DNA of 58,842 bases, filler included, from Bipalium vagum (GCA_037834085.1; 3 parts of 3 records of this genome joined end to end with filler, not necessarily neighbours in it), one strand, 5' to 3'. Shown: positions 13,501-26,989, numbered from the whole stretch's first letter. Notes: generated from the sequence alone by a model not told the origin. Program-made: numbers and translations.

Positions 13501-15589
13501 GCAATTAGAGATTTTTTGGTACCATACTTGAATATACTACACTACAGTAAATGGGAGATTGCCTGAATTACTTCAAATCAGTCGAGTCACCGAAACCCAA
13601 TTAAGTGAAATCACTAGAGAGAATTCACCAGAACTTAGTACGCACTCCAATTAAACAATTTCAGAGATTCCTTCGACTTTATGTCAACATGGATAGAGGA
13701 AGGTTAAAAAGAGATTTTCTAAATAACAACTGATGTATTACTTTCATTAACCATATTAATGTGATTAATATTTGTTATTATCTTTCGTTGTTACTTTACA
13801 GACTCATTGGATCTGAAAACACTCAGACGTCCATGGGAATACAAAACGTATTAGGTCAGCGTTGGTCTACTCAATAAGCAACCTAATATTGATTTTTATA
13901 ATCAACCATTCATTTTTGAGCTAATGTTTTTATAGTTCAAAGATATAAGGAACACGTATATTATTATTATTATTATAATTAATAATTATAAGTATTATAA
14001 TTAAGTACCAAAGTTTACTGTTCAGGACATAAACTTTATGTAATTAATTTAAGTATTAGGTGCGTGACAATTATTATATACCATTGATAATAAATAAGTA
14101 TCCAATATTGTAACCTAATTCCAATATGTAAACTTTTAGCCATTTCAAAAACAACCGAGTTACGGTAGAGCTATCTGTCATTATTGAGACAAACCTTCTT
14201 GCCAAGATGTTCTACTCTTGAACTGGACTTCTTCTTAAGTCCGAAACGGTTTGAAAACATTGATCATTTTAATTGATAACCAGAAAGTATCGAAAAAATG
14301 TTAACAGTTTGCCTAATTTATTATCTTTGTTAAGTAAATGTGATAATTTTCTTAGAAAAGATAAAATGTTTCAAAAATTTTTGCGCAAAGGTTTAAAAAT
14401 TTTAAATAGAAATAAACAATTATCCAACTTGTCATTATCCGAAACTGTGGTTGTTAAAGAAATGTGATCAGAGTGGCTCTGAATAGCGAAAAATTTGTCT
14501 TCCCATACACTGCACAAATCTGAAATTGAATGCCATTTAAATGCCAGTTTTATTATTTATTTTATGGAAAAACACAAAATCGATATAACAGAAAAATGCC
14601 AAAATAAAAAATTATTTAATAATTAATATCGAACTTCTCCTTCCATCCACGCTAATAAAACAATTTCGCCGGAATAGTTGCGGTTAAAGCATTTTCTAAA
14701 TTCTTTCTTTTTGGTTCTAACAATTTTTTATAATTATAATTATTTAATTATTTTTACAATAATAATCAGTGATCAATAATTTATTTCTAATCTTTAAAGA
14801 AAATTTTGATCAATATTATTTCAAGTAATCAAATTATTTCCTACTTTTGAAAATTTTTAGGAAAAAAATAGATGCTCTATTAAAGTATTCTTTCCTCTAA
14901 AATTAAAGAGAAATATCAATGAAGTGCTGCACTTCTATCACAGTGTGCTATTGTAAAAAGAAGACTGTGGTATACAACAGATATATGTGAAAATGTGATA
15001 GGATAACATCTGCAGAACATGTGGTAGAACTTCCCACTGAAGGCATGGTCTTTCAGTTATTGTTCTATTAATATAAGTTTAAAAAATGATTCTGATTTCG
15101 TCGCAGATGTTCTTGGCTAGATAGAAAATTGTCAAATTTTCTTCTAATCACATACCATCTTCGTCATAATAATTGTGAGAGAAATTTTAATTTATGAACC
15201 AATGCATTATCAGCAAATAAGATATTTGAACAAAAATATAAGCTGAATATGCATTTATTATTTACAATGGCTTCAGATAAATAATACGGATATTTTAATA
15301 ACAAACGCACAATAATTTCAAAAGATTTGTCGTATGGATAAATATGAAGAGACTTTTTACTAACAACAATGAATGAATATAGGTAAACGGAGAAACCACC
15401 TTCCACTTCCAAAGAAGCCATTTTCGAAGAAAGATGCATCCTTTACATTGAAAAAATCTTGCACTAGAAGTATAACGGATGTAACAAAATTTTGTAGAAA
15501 AATACTGAAGCCTTAAATAAACAAATACCATATCAATTTATAAAGAGTTTTATTAAGAAATACAGAAGATAAAGTTAACATGACATTTA

Positions 15590-15920
15590 TTATAAAACAG
15601 AAATGGGACAACTGTCTTCCATTTTTCGTAAAATTGATTTTATATTAGCCATCACGCTTTGGAAGATGCTAACATTAAACTCATTCATTTTTCTTGCAAT
15701 TCCAAACTATAAAGACCTTGAATTTTGGTTTCCCATTCATTTTTGTATACTTCTTTACTCAACAAGGCTCAAAATTTTTCCATTGGCTGGGACTGTGAAG
15801 TCAATTTTGGTACGAAATGCACGTTTTTTGATTTCAACCAATCGATCACTGTTTTGAGTAATGACATAACAAAAGACAATGTCGTCATTATAATGATATT
15901 TGCTCATTTCATAAAATGAG
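15590..15920 (-). pseudogene. DD37E (ITmD37E/TRT)-type transposase C-terminal remnant
   Basis: KYHYNDDIVF..CHYSK.VIDWLKSKNVHFVPK...QPMEKF*ALLSKEVYKNEWE...QSVMANIKSILRKMED matches the remembered DD37E pattern FWPDLASSHY....WL....FVPK..NP...RPIE.FW. Confidence 0.75.
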
Positions 15921-16135
15921 TGAAACTGAAACATATTTTAATAAAATATGGACAATGTAAATTCATTTAAACAAATACCGAGAAATTAAGATATCCAAAA
16001 ATGTTTTAAAATGAGCGCACATTCTCTCAAAATTTTTGCTACACACAATAACATCATCTGTACTTTATTTTCTGTCCTCATACATGTTTCTTCAATTTAC
16101 AAAAGGAAATCACTAGGAGCTAATAAATCACGGCT

Positions 16136-16930
16136 CTATGATGATGTGAAACCAAAACGAATTCTTTTCCAGTTATTAATTCCATAGTTCAATAACCCTG
16201 AAAGAACTGGAACATTGTTATGCAAAAGATATAATTCTTGAGTCTTTGGGTTCCATTTTAAGTTTCTCAAATCACTTACAAGTGTGCAGTAGTAATTTAA
16301 CCAATGATTTCCAAAGTAAAATCGGTCTTGATCACATATTTTGTATTTAAACATAATAAACATGTGACACTTGTCAAGATATCCTTGAATAAAGTATTTT
16401 TGGTAGGTTTTCCTCTGAGAAAAACAAATTCAGAAGAGTCACGCTTGCTCTATGCTAGATAAAAATTCAATTACTTTTCAACCTCTTATAATATTCTTTA
16501 AAAAATTCTGTCTTAGGGAATAGAATAATTGCAGATTCCCTTGACACGCTTTTCTCAAAGAACGAATGGAGTTCATAATTTTCTGATTCCAATGGTCTCC
16601 AACAAGTTTTGTATATCTTTTTGTTTAAATTAACTCTAATTAACAGCTTTCTCTGGGTAATCCGTCATTCTTTTATCACAATAATTTTTAATTTTTCGAA
16701 TTTCTCTTACGCTAATGCCGTATGGTCTTCCGACATCATGATTATCTAATGAATAACAATTAATCTTATGGAAAGTTGTTTTTGAAACTGACATGCATCT
16801 TAAACCAATAAATTTTCTAGATTTAAGTCTTCAAATTTTGAAGGAATTTTTGTTCTTCACACTAAAATCGTTAATTCTGAAGCACAAAAGCCATAGTTCC
16901 CATTTATCGTAAAATACTAAATGTTTTCCA
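16136..16930 (-). pseudogene. decayed ORF of unknown family
   Basis: Long coding-like segments with few stops or frameshifts (KHLVFYDKWELWLLCFR...; KIYKTCWRPLES...; CDQDRFYFGNHWLNYYC...NNWKRIRFGF). Confidence 0.4.
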
Positions 16931-17739
16931 TAAAATTTTGTTCATTATTAAATAATGAATAATAATCTCCCGCTAATGAGCTTTGTGATAAATGTTGACA
17001 TGTTTAGACCTAAACATTTTAATATATTAACATTTTATGAATAATTAGTTTGAATAAATAGTGATTATTCAAACAAATGTATTATTTATTCAACATTTAT
17101 TTCATTAATTTAGAATTTGTTCATTCTTATTTTTATTTTACTTATTAACCTATAACCATTTTTAGAATAGTTAAAATATCTCTTCACATTTCATTTATAC
17201 ATTACTTCACACTGGATTTAAATATCATATTAATTTTAAAAATCATTTACGTTTTGTAAAAAAAATAGTGGTGTGTTTTAGAGAGATTCATCACGTACTA
17301 TTTAAGACCAGATTTTTTAATAAAAGAAATGAATGCTAAAATTTTATTTCTTATCTCTGTTAGTAAATCAAGATAAGTACTTGGAAATCCATAAGATATT
17401 ATTATCCTTGAGAATAGTTTCCATGGAAAAAAAATAACTATTATGTAAAAATAATAAATTAAAAATATTTCTTATAATTTCTAAAAAAATTAACAAAAAT
17501 TCATTTTTGTTTAATTCAAGGTATTTGGAATATATATTACTTTAAAATGTATAATAATAATTTATTATAATATATAATGTTTAATTTCAGAGTTTTTAAT
17601 TTAAATTATTTCATAGCTTTAGGATACATTTTTCAAACAAAAAAAAAGAACTATGGAATTCAAAACATATATAAACTCTTGTCTTAAAATAAAAATTCTA
17701 ATATTTATTTATTCTGAATTTCACACTCTTATAAAAGAT

Positions 17740-17740
<1 letters not shown>

Positions 17741-17790
<50 letters not shown>

Positions 17791-17793
17791 TAA
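17741..17793. repeat. (AAT)n microsatellite
   Basis: Direct reading. Confidence 0.95.
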
Positions 17794-18957
17794 AAATATT
17801 ACTAATAAGTTTTTTTTTAATATCCAGATTGATCAATTCTAATTAAGTTTACTTTTTTGAATAAACTATATCCTAGCCGAACTTTTTAATACTTTTCAAA
17901 GAGATAAATTATGTCCCCTATTTATATTGGTACGAAAAGAAAACTTTTAAGATAAAAATAAAATGTTATATTTATAATAAGATTGATTGTAATTATTTCG
18001 AATTTATGACCTCTTCATATACTTGGGATTCTGTTGTCAACATTCCTAAGTTTGCAGGTCATGCATTTATTTCAAAGGTTCATGGAGAAAATGATATCTT
18101 TAAATATACATAAATTAAATATTTATTTATAATCATTTTATTTAAGTAAATTAATTTTAAATATGTAAATTAATGTTCTCAAAGTTCCAAAAACAAATTT
18201 TCTACTCAATTAAAAAAAAAGCTCGACATTAATATATATTAATAAATTAAATTTAATTAAATTGGCTTAGGAGTTGTCTTAACTCCTAATATACAGAAAC
18301 TCATTATTATAGAAAAAATCAATAGATATGAATCAAAGATAATTTGTTTGGGAAGTGTCAATAAAGGTAAATTTGATTTAGGAAAATATGAAAATTTAAC
18401 TTAACTTAACTTAAAATTTTAACTTAACTTAACTTTTTAAATTCAACTTAGAAACAAGTTAAATATTTATTTGGTGACAAAATTTTCTGTTACTTATTAA
18501 GTAGAATTTTGTTTGATTTCAACAGTTACTTTGGAAAATTTGTTATATTTCCCAGTTTCATAATCATTTTGATAATAACATAAATCTTTTTGATAATAAC
18601 TATAATAAATTTTTGTCGTTTTATTATTTATTTATGAAATAAGTAAATTTATTTTTGGGGGATGTCAGTCAAGTAAAATATATTTTCATTGTTTTAATAA
18701 TATGAAAATATCGTTTTCTTCGTTTGTCAAAAATTGAAATTAAAATTGAATTTTAAAAAATCATAAAATATGAAGTTCTAATAAAGATAACTGTAAATTT
18801 ATGTTTCACTCCTTATCAAATTACTTTTACTAAAGAATGTTCTGTGATCTCATATTCGATGTGCATTAATATTGCAATTGAAAGTTTAAAATGTGTTTAA
18901 CATTAAAAATTACATTTTTGTTTCTTTTCGTGCCTTTCTAATTGTTATATAATAGTA

Positions 18958-19424
18958 TTACGCCTACAAATTGAAAAGGCGTCTATTTAGTAAATGGCTC
19001 CAAAGTCACTATTAAATTGCTTTTTTATTTAATACGTAAATATTAACTTAAAGTTAATAATTTAATCATATAAAAACGTTGTTTTAATATTCCATATAAA
19101 TATCGATAAATCAAATAGAAAATACGTATAATGCATTGTTTATTTGTTTGACCGTTTTGAGAGGGGAAATCTAGACCTTAACGATGCAGAACGCCTGGGT
19201 CTATCAAAAATCATTGTAGATGAAGACCTTGAGAATTTATTAGATTAAGATCCATGCCAGACGCAAGCAGGGGTTACAATACAAATTGGAGTTACTCAGC
19301 AGTTAAATTTCTTGCCGAATCAAAAAGCTTGCAGGTGGGTGCCGCAATAATCTTTATTTATTTTATCAATCTTTTGATTAGTAATATTATTAAAAATAGG
19401 CATCTTTTCAATTTGTAGACCTAA
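18958..19424 (+). mobile_element. internally deleted (non-autonomous) mariner
   Basis: 31-bp imperfect TIRs TTACGCCTACAAATTGAAAAGGCGTCTATTT / AAATAGGCATCTTTTCAATTTGTAGACCTAA with TA flanks. Internal FDRFERGNLDLNDAERLG...DPCQTQ...RWVPQ. Confidence 0.88.
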
Positions 19425-20117
19425 TAACAAGTATTATTTATATTATTATATTATAATTATTACATAAACTAATATTATATGATAATTATTTATTATATTT
19501 TACATAACATTTAATTATATTATAATTATATTTATATTAATAATTATTATATTATTATCAATATTTTTTAAACTAAAAACAGATCTTCTAAGCCATATTA
19601 CTTTAAACTATCTTTAAACTGGATAATCAAAAATATTACTATTTTAAAGGCAATATCAAAATATTTTAATAAATCGCCTCTGCGAATTGAATGTGGTGAT
19701 AAGTGGATACCAAGATGTAACTAATTGGTATTTTGAAAAAAAATTAAATTAAACAGAAATAAGCTTATTTAATATACGGTTAATATTTTAGGCTAAAAAA
19801 TATTGTTCCTTATAAAAAATAAAAAAAATATACAGAACACGTGTGCCAATGAAATACATAATCACTATTGATTTCCACAATTTCACTATAAAATAAAAAG
19901 GGGGAACAAAATATTTTATTTAAAATAGATTCATCTTCCATAATAATTTTAATGTTTTGCAACCGTTTTAATGGCTTTATTGTTTTAAAATAACGAAACA
20001 AATATTATAATTGTAATTCTTCGACATTGAGAACCAAATGTGTTTATCGAAAATCTATTCAATAAAAACGAAATTATATCTAATTAATAATTTTGATGAA
20101 ATAAAATAAAATAATTT

Positions 20118-22919
20118 CTATTCAATATCATCTAAACTACCTTCTAATAGACTAGAGGAACCAAGCTCTTGAATTTTTAGTGGTGGTGATATTTCTTGAG
20201 AAGTAATGCTACACGTAGAAATAGTGGGAGTACTGTGAAACACTGAAATTTCAATTTTCGGTATTAAAGGTCCCAAGATAGTGGTTTCCGGTTCATAGGA
20301 CTCTGACATATGTTCAAATACATGATTCAAAGAATTTAAAGCAAAGTTTTTGATATGTTCCGAGTATTTTTGTTTTAAGACACGAGAATTATCGTAGATA
20401 AATGGGATTTCAATGACATCACACGGAGCATTTAAAGAATCATCAGAAAAAGGTTCTTGAGAAATTGTATGATTAATATCACTAAATATTGGTTCAAGTT
20501 TATCATTATCTTCGAGGAAAGTTGGAAAACCTGAATCGAACTGGTCTCCAACATTAATTTTATCAATAGTACTTTTATTAGATTCTGATAACAATTCATA
20601 TTTTTTGTATTTGGATTGAACGAGAATATCCTTCTCGATTATCATATTGTGATCCTGAAATTGTTTAAGCTTTTCTCGTATAGTACCAATAGACTGAAAA
20701 AAGATCTGTTTACATAAGTTTTATAGGAATTTTTTCAAAACTATTATTACCAATATTAAATATAAATAAATACTCAAAATAAATAATAATATTTCAAGAA
20801 TAATAATAATAATAAAAATAATAATAACTATTATTACTTACTTATTTAGAACTAAATTTTGATCTTCCAAAATCATTTTTTACCATTTTCTCTTTATTCA
20901 TTTTTATAATTTATAATTTTTTTAAATTATAAAGTTTTGTTATGACAATTAATGAAATATTAATATAACTTTTTACAAATTATACCATTCATTTTGGTAA
21001 AGATTACATTTTAATTAATATTTAATAATAAAAAATAATCAATTATTCAATCATTTTCATCAAATAAATATTATACTTAAACTTGACTTTATAAATTCTG
21101 AAATAAAAATAACAATTAATATTGATTTGCTCTATTTTAATTTTTATTTCATTGTTAATAATTATTATAATTAATTAACGCTTATGATATATTTTTACAT
21201 TTCTAGCCAATTTTAATTACATTTGGGCCTCGTATAACACGTGTACTAATTCATCAGTAAACCTCAAACGGTTTTGTATTGTTTTTAAAGTGAAATATGT
21301 AGCTACGTCGCTGGAACTGCTTTCTGAGTCATTAGTGAAGAACGTTTCATCCAAAACAGATTGGTTATATCAAAACAGTATTGTATAAAACCGTGTTATA
21401 CGAGTCCCAAGTGTATTTTAAGCGATAGTATTAGGTGTGTGAATAAATAACCGGAATTTTTTGAAGAAATAATTAAGAAGAAAAAAATAAAATTAATAAG
21501 ATTTATGATAGGAATTAAACACATATTTTTTCTTTATAATATATTTTATATATCTTCTTTACATATTATTATTTATCACATATTATTATTCATTTTATTA
21601 TTTAATTGATATTTTAAGTAAAATAATTACAATTAGAAAACAACTTACAAGTCTTTCCTTTTTATTAGCCTGTCTTTCCATTCTTTTTTGTAACCTTGAA
21701 AAGGATTCTGTATTTTGAAGGAGAGAACTGCGGTCTTTGAGTATTTCCAGTTTGACACAATTATTTCTAAATTGACAGTTGAAAGTAAGAATTTCCTTAT
21801 TTGATCAATAATAATTATCATAGCATTTGCAATTTTTCATTTATTGTCAGAGATCAAAAGTAATCATTATTGAATTAAAAATATGTATAATCAGAAGGGT
21901 GAAATAAAGTTTTAGAAACATTGGAAAATGAACTACCCGCCAAGGTTCTTTTTATATAATATTATTTATAAAAATAATAATTGAGGTTTAATAATCAGAC
22001 TATTATTTTTAATTATTTTTAAATTAAATAAATATTACTGGTGTTCCAGATGAAATTGGAACGCAACATCACGGAAAAATATATATCAAGGAAGACATTA
22101 ACCGTAATCCGAATTTTTAATATTAAAATGGCTATGTTAAAGGAAAAATAAACTTGTGAGCTTACGTTATAAACTGGAATTTGAAATACCAAACTTTCAC
22201 AAATCAAAATACCTACGTACATCATATTAAACTTTGAAATGGAGAATATTTTAGAAAAGCAAAATGGTGTTTTTCAAGCCTTTGACAATCAAATTTAGTG
22301 AAAATGATTCCTTAGATTCATAAAATTGTGATTGGCATTTATTTGTCTTTTAGATATATATTTCATATTGTGAGTTTTATCAATAGGCAGTTCAGATTTA
22401 TCAGATAAATGACTGTTAGATTTTACAAATTAAATAAGGCATAACCACGAAACACCTGCGAAATTTAAAAATCAGGCATAAAATGTCAATAAAGTACCAG
22501 ATAATGTAATCCAAATTTAATTCTATATATCAATGGAAAATAATTTCACTTTATCTGAAAAAAATTAGATTATACAAGAAGAAAATGTGAATCTTTCGGA
22601 ATATAACAATGAAAAGATTTCCTGATAACTTGGTATGCTAATACTAAAGCGAAGAGTTCTTAAAGACTGATAGTTTCCAGATGATGAAGTAAACCAATAT
22701 TATGAAACCGTTTTATAAAATAATAAAGTAGAAAAATACTAATAACATTACTTTTTTAGAGAAAAGATATTGAGGAAAATTTCCATAAATGTTAGAAACT
22801 TAAAGATATGAAAACCATAAAGATTATTGGAAAGATTACGTCCGATTGATTTTTTTATAGTTTTATGAAAATTTAAGATATACTTACTCCATGCCATAAA
22901 AAGTTGATTTAATAAATGA
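20118..22919 (-). CDS. 3' portion of an uncharacterised spliced host gene (5' end not found)
   Basis: Terminal exon 20693-20118 (tttttcag acceptor, phase 0, 191 codons plus stop). Exon 21766-21649 (tttag acceptor, gtaagt donor, open, phase 2 to 0). Tentative 32-nt exon 22919-22888 (tatag acceptor, gtaagt donor, phase 0 to 2). Phases join in frame: SFIKSTFYGME|NNCVKLE...KKERL|SIGTIREKLK... Confidence 0.65.
21220..21413. mobile_element. pogo/Tigger-like MITE, 194 bp
   Basis: TIRs CATTTGGGCCTCGTATAACACG / CGTGTTATACGAGTCCCAAGTG (2 mismatches) flanked by TA on both sides; intronic. Confidence 0.85.
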
Positions 22920-23039
22920 CTATATTTTACGTTAATGGATTGTTTAAAATAATTAATTTTATTTATTTTATTGCAAATCTTTTGAATTTAGAAATGCCAA
23001 ATCTTTCCGAGGATCAAATTTTTTATTATTACTGAATTA

Positions 23040-23470
23040 TTAATGGTTGTTGGTCAAAATGGAAAGGATGGAACGTCGGACCCATTTTACGAATTGATGC
23101 ATTATGAAATCATGCCTGTAATCTAGTCTCAAACAGTTTCCATTCAAATGGATTATACCTGTACACATGTTGGCAAAAACAATATGGAAAAATTAAATTA
23201 TTTCGGTAACGACCTTAATCCAACAATCACTGTTATGAATCAGCCAGCCAAATCTCCTGATTTTAAACATCAATGACTTTGGATTCTTCAATTCCTTGAA
23301 TAAGCGATGCCAAAAATCTAAGTCTGACGATCTAGACCGATTGTGGACCAATTTACACGCTGAGTTTTGGTCAACTAAAGAAGACATACTGACTTCAATA
23401 CTTGATATAAAGTCTCGAATTGTGGACAAGATCATTGCTTCAAAAGGAGTGGGTGTTGATGTTACTCATC
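23040..23470 (-). pseudogene. decayed ORF of unknown family
   Basis: The 80-aa ORF 23193..23435 continues in frame past one stop (FFHIVFANMCTGIIHLNGNCLRLDYRHDFIMHQFVKWVRR). Confidence 0.35.
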
Positions 23471-24499
23471 ATTGATTAATATTAGCATTTTATCATGTAT
23501 ATAGTTGTAAAATACAAATTTCCTTGATTTTTTTTTTATTATAAATCCATTTTCTTATGGCACGAAGTAAGCAAAAATAATTTAATTTTTATAATTTGAA
23601 AAAATTAATGTCCTCAATAAATGTTATAAAAGAAATATCCAGAATTAATTTAAAATTTTTTCAAACGACTTAGAACGTATCTCAACTTGCTTTTAACATT
23701 TTTTAATATTAATCTTTCACAAATAATTTTTTAAATGATAATATAAATTAATAATAATAACCAAAGACAAAAATATTTTAAAATTTAGAGAAAAATTAAA
23801 ATTGATCATTATTGATATATTTAAGAACGCCAATCAAACAAATAAATCACACTTAATGTGAACTTTTGTTTTAATTATCAATTTTTCCCAATCAATTGGA
23901 AATTATGTTTCATTCTTTATTTCATCAGTTTATTTTCAACATAGTTTTCCAAACAAATTTTAATTTTAACACGGAGAAGAAATACAAAACAGGTTTACTT
24001 AAAACTTTATCCGAAGAAAATATTATAAGTAAACAGTGACATTTATTGAAGTAACGAGGAAAATTCTAATAATAAAGTAGAAATAATTTCAATTCAATAT
24101 CATTAAATACCATTTATCATTATTATTAGTCTCCTTGGCATTTGTTAATCATATAAATACTGCAAACACTTTTAATATATAACATTTTAGCATATTATAA
24201 GCGGCATTGTCGGGGTAACTCGTGAAAGTCTTTATTTGTAAAAATTTAAGAATATATTTATTTATTTATTATTTCATTTTGCAGAATTTAAAAATTTATT
24301 TCAATGAATAAACATTAATAAAACAAAAATTTCGTAATAAAAATTATTAGAAATAAATAAAATTAAAATAATAAAAAATAGAAATAAATTTCTTGAAAAA
24401 AAAATTTCTAAAAATCCTAAAAATATATTATATCAAATTTCTAAAATAAATAAATAAATAATTTTAAAAGATGTATTTAAACATTCAAAATGAAAATTG

Positions 24500-25017
24500 T
24501 TGAAATTGGAGACTGATTTGCTCAAATTAAAATTGTGTTTCATCATAAACTTTCATCATAAATTACGTGTTTCTGATAACAATTATCAATTTTATAAAAT
24601 ACAGAAACAAAAAACTAAAATGTATTATTAGAGACTATTTACAATAAAATTGAGAAAAGATCTTGAACTATATATGTTGCAAGTCAAAAAATGATACTAT
24701 ATTGACAGTGAACATTGCAATAAATAATAAATTGAAGTTCGTTGAACAAAAAATTAGACAACTTTTTTCTAATTTGTTTTTCTGAATTATAATCGAGTTA
24801 TTAGATGTACTGGTAAATAATGAAGATTTTTTAAATTTCGAAATGATTCACCTCAAAACAAGAAAAATTTTTAGGACGGCATCCACAATTTATTTGAAAG
24901 ATAGAAGAAATGTGAAGTTAATAATGGAGATTCCTTTGAATAAAATATTTCTATGTATCTTTTTAAATTTTCGTGTTTTATTTGTCAAAAAATCGCATTA
25001 TTTACCGATAGACCTAA
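24500..25017 (+). mobile_element. decayed mariner 3' remnant with TIR
   Basis: DGIHNLFER*KKCEVNNGDSFE* resembles the mariner C-terminus; ends in ...GACCTAA followed by TA. Confidence 0.7.
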
Positions 25018-25459
25018 TAATAAAAATATATTTGAATGTATGCAATTCCTCATTTCATCTGTTTTTTATATTGAAAGATAAAACGAGACTCATATTTTTT
25101 GGTAAGTCTTTCTAAAGATACAAAAACCTATTTTAAATCTAGAGGTCTAAGAACAAATGGGATGAAAAATTTAATTTATTATTTATTGAAATTTTTATGT
25201 ATTTTTTTGTGATAAAATGAAAATAAACAAATTCCAAGAAATCAATGAAAAAGTTAAATATAAAAATGGAAAATATTTAGACATGAAATGAAATGTGCGA
25301 TTTTTTATCATTTTATAAGTTTCATTTATTATTAAAAGATTTTCAATTAAAAATGTTTATTCATGTTTTATTAATTATTTAATTAATAAATGAAATCGAT
25401 TTCTAATCAAAGTCAGATATTAATTAATATTAAAATATAATTTCATAAACTGTGTTTAG

Positions 25460-26150
25460 AAATGGATAAAACAATTCTTTCTAGTTCATACTCGTCATTA
25501 TGTTTTTTATGAATTTCAAACCGAAGCAATTACTACAATTCCAGAAAAATATTTACAGTTTCACATGGAAATTCTAAATATCCAAAATAATTCAAATGAT
25601 TTCTTACTGGGAACCCTAATTTTGATTTGAAAACATTCCAAAAACCACTGATTTTATTCAGAAATAGTGAAAGTAGACAAGACCTGGATAAGTCAAAGTA
25701 GTCTGCATATATTATTCAGTAGTTATCTCTAGGTCAAAATCTTGTACCAGATCTGAAACAAGGACTTCGTGGTATAAAAGGTCTCGAGATTTATTAATTA
25801 TGGTAATTACCTGGAATTTTCTCAGTCACGATTTCCGAGGTTTGTAATAAAATTCATTTTTTCAAATCTTAATTTCCTATTAGACTCCAGGCTTATTCAT
25901 TGAGAATGGAATATTTTATGAAACTTTGAAAGTGATATCCTATACAAGCAAGGTCTACCAAGGTGACACGTGCAAAATTGGATATGAGAGATAATTACTT
26001 TGCAACTAAATTATCCGTCGATAATTATTGAGTATTTATTTCACAAGTCGTTTTAACATTTCGTCTATTTCGAGACAATAGACTTCAACCATGGTTAGAT
26101 TTCATAACAATAAAGAATCTCACTTTTTTGATAAAGATAGATGTAAGATT
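25460..26150 (+). pseudogene. decayed ORF of unknown family
   Basis: GC-elevated stretch with one largely readable frame broken by scattered stops; no recognisable domain. Confidence 0.3.
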
Positions 26151-26828
26151 TTTGACATGTTTTTTCCTTCATTTTAACCCAGTCACTGCGCAGAATGTTT
26201 GTCATGTTGATTGAGTTACGTTTCATTTTAATTTGTGAAGTTGAAGAAACTATGATTTACAAAGATTCAATTTTGAAATTTTTTTTATATCAAAAGAATA
26301 TTTTTATAGTTTTTAAAGAATAAAGAAAAGACAAATAAAATCATATTTAGAGTTTGTTCTATTTTCTAGAAAAAGAAACGGTATGGTGAAATAGGTAAGA
26401 AAATCATTATAATGAAATGCAAGTAAATGAAAAGCATTTGTGAAGTCAATTCTTCGAAAAAGAGAAAACTTATACTTATTTTCATTTATCTTTTGAAACA
26501 TATAGAAGAAAATATTGCAAAGGATAAAAGATCCCAGAGTAAAAAAATAAGACATGCACAATATCGAATCAGTAAACATTTATTCAAAAAAATCGTTTTG
26601 AGAATTCGTATTATTAATTATTAAAATGTATTTTTATTTAAAGAAAAAAAGTATACAACTTTCAATTTATCACACCATAAGATTTCCATTTAATTTTTAA
26701 AAACTGACTCTTTTTTTTAATTTAATTATTCATTTTGTTTTTGAATATGTATTTTATTAAAATTTTTTCACTTTGTTATTTAACTAAAAATTAAAGATTT
26801 ATTTATTTTATTTATACCATTTTCAATT

Positions 26829-26889
26829 TAAATTAAACCTTTTTCACTTTAAATTAAACTTTTTCATTTTGAATTAAACTTTTTTCATT
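26829..26889. repeat. ~21-bp tandem repeat (aattaaactttttcactttt-like) running into an assembly gap
   Basis: Three imperfect units read directly. Confidence 0.75.
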
Positions 26890-26989
26890 NNNNNNNNNNN
26901 NNNNNNNNNNNNNNNNNNNNNNNNNNNNNNNNNTTAATTAATTAANNNNNNNNNNNNNNNNNNNNNNNNNNNNNNNNNNNNNNNNNNNN
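26890..26989. other. artificial scaffold spacer N44-TTAATTAATTAA-N44
   Basis: 100-bp N gap containing a six-frame stop linker; an identical spacer sits at 42819-42918. Confidence 0.95.

Noticed and set aside
18267-18450. TTAGGAGTT/AACTCCTAA hairpin and TTAAC tandem runs
   Set aside because: Short, isolated and expected by chance or slippage in AT-rich DNA.
20842-20890. Extra exon of the orphan gene with a gtaagt donor
   Set aside because: The open frame ends in phase 2, incompatible with the phase-0 terminal exon, and no acceptor is evident.
26934-26945. TTAATTAATTAA palindrome inside N runs (also 42863-42874)
   Set aside because: Artificial six-frame-stop scaffold linker, not biology.
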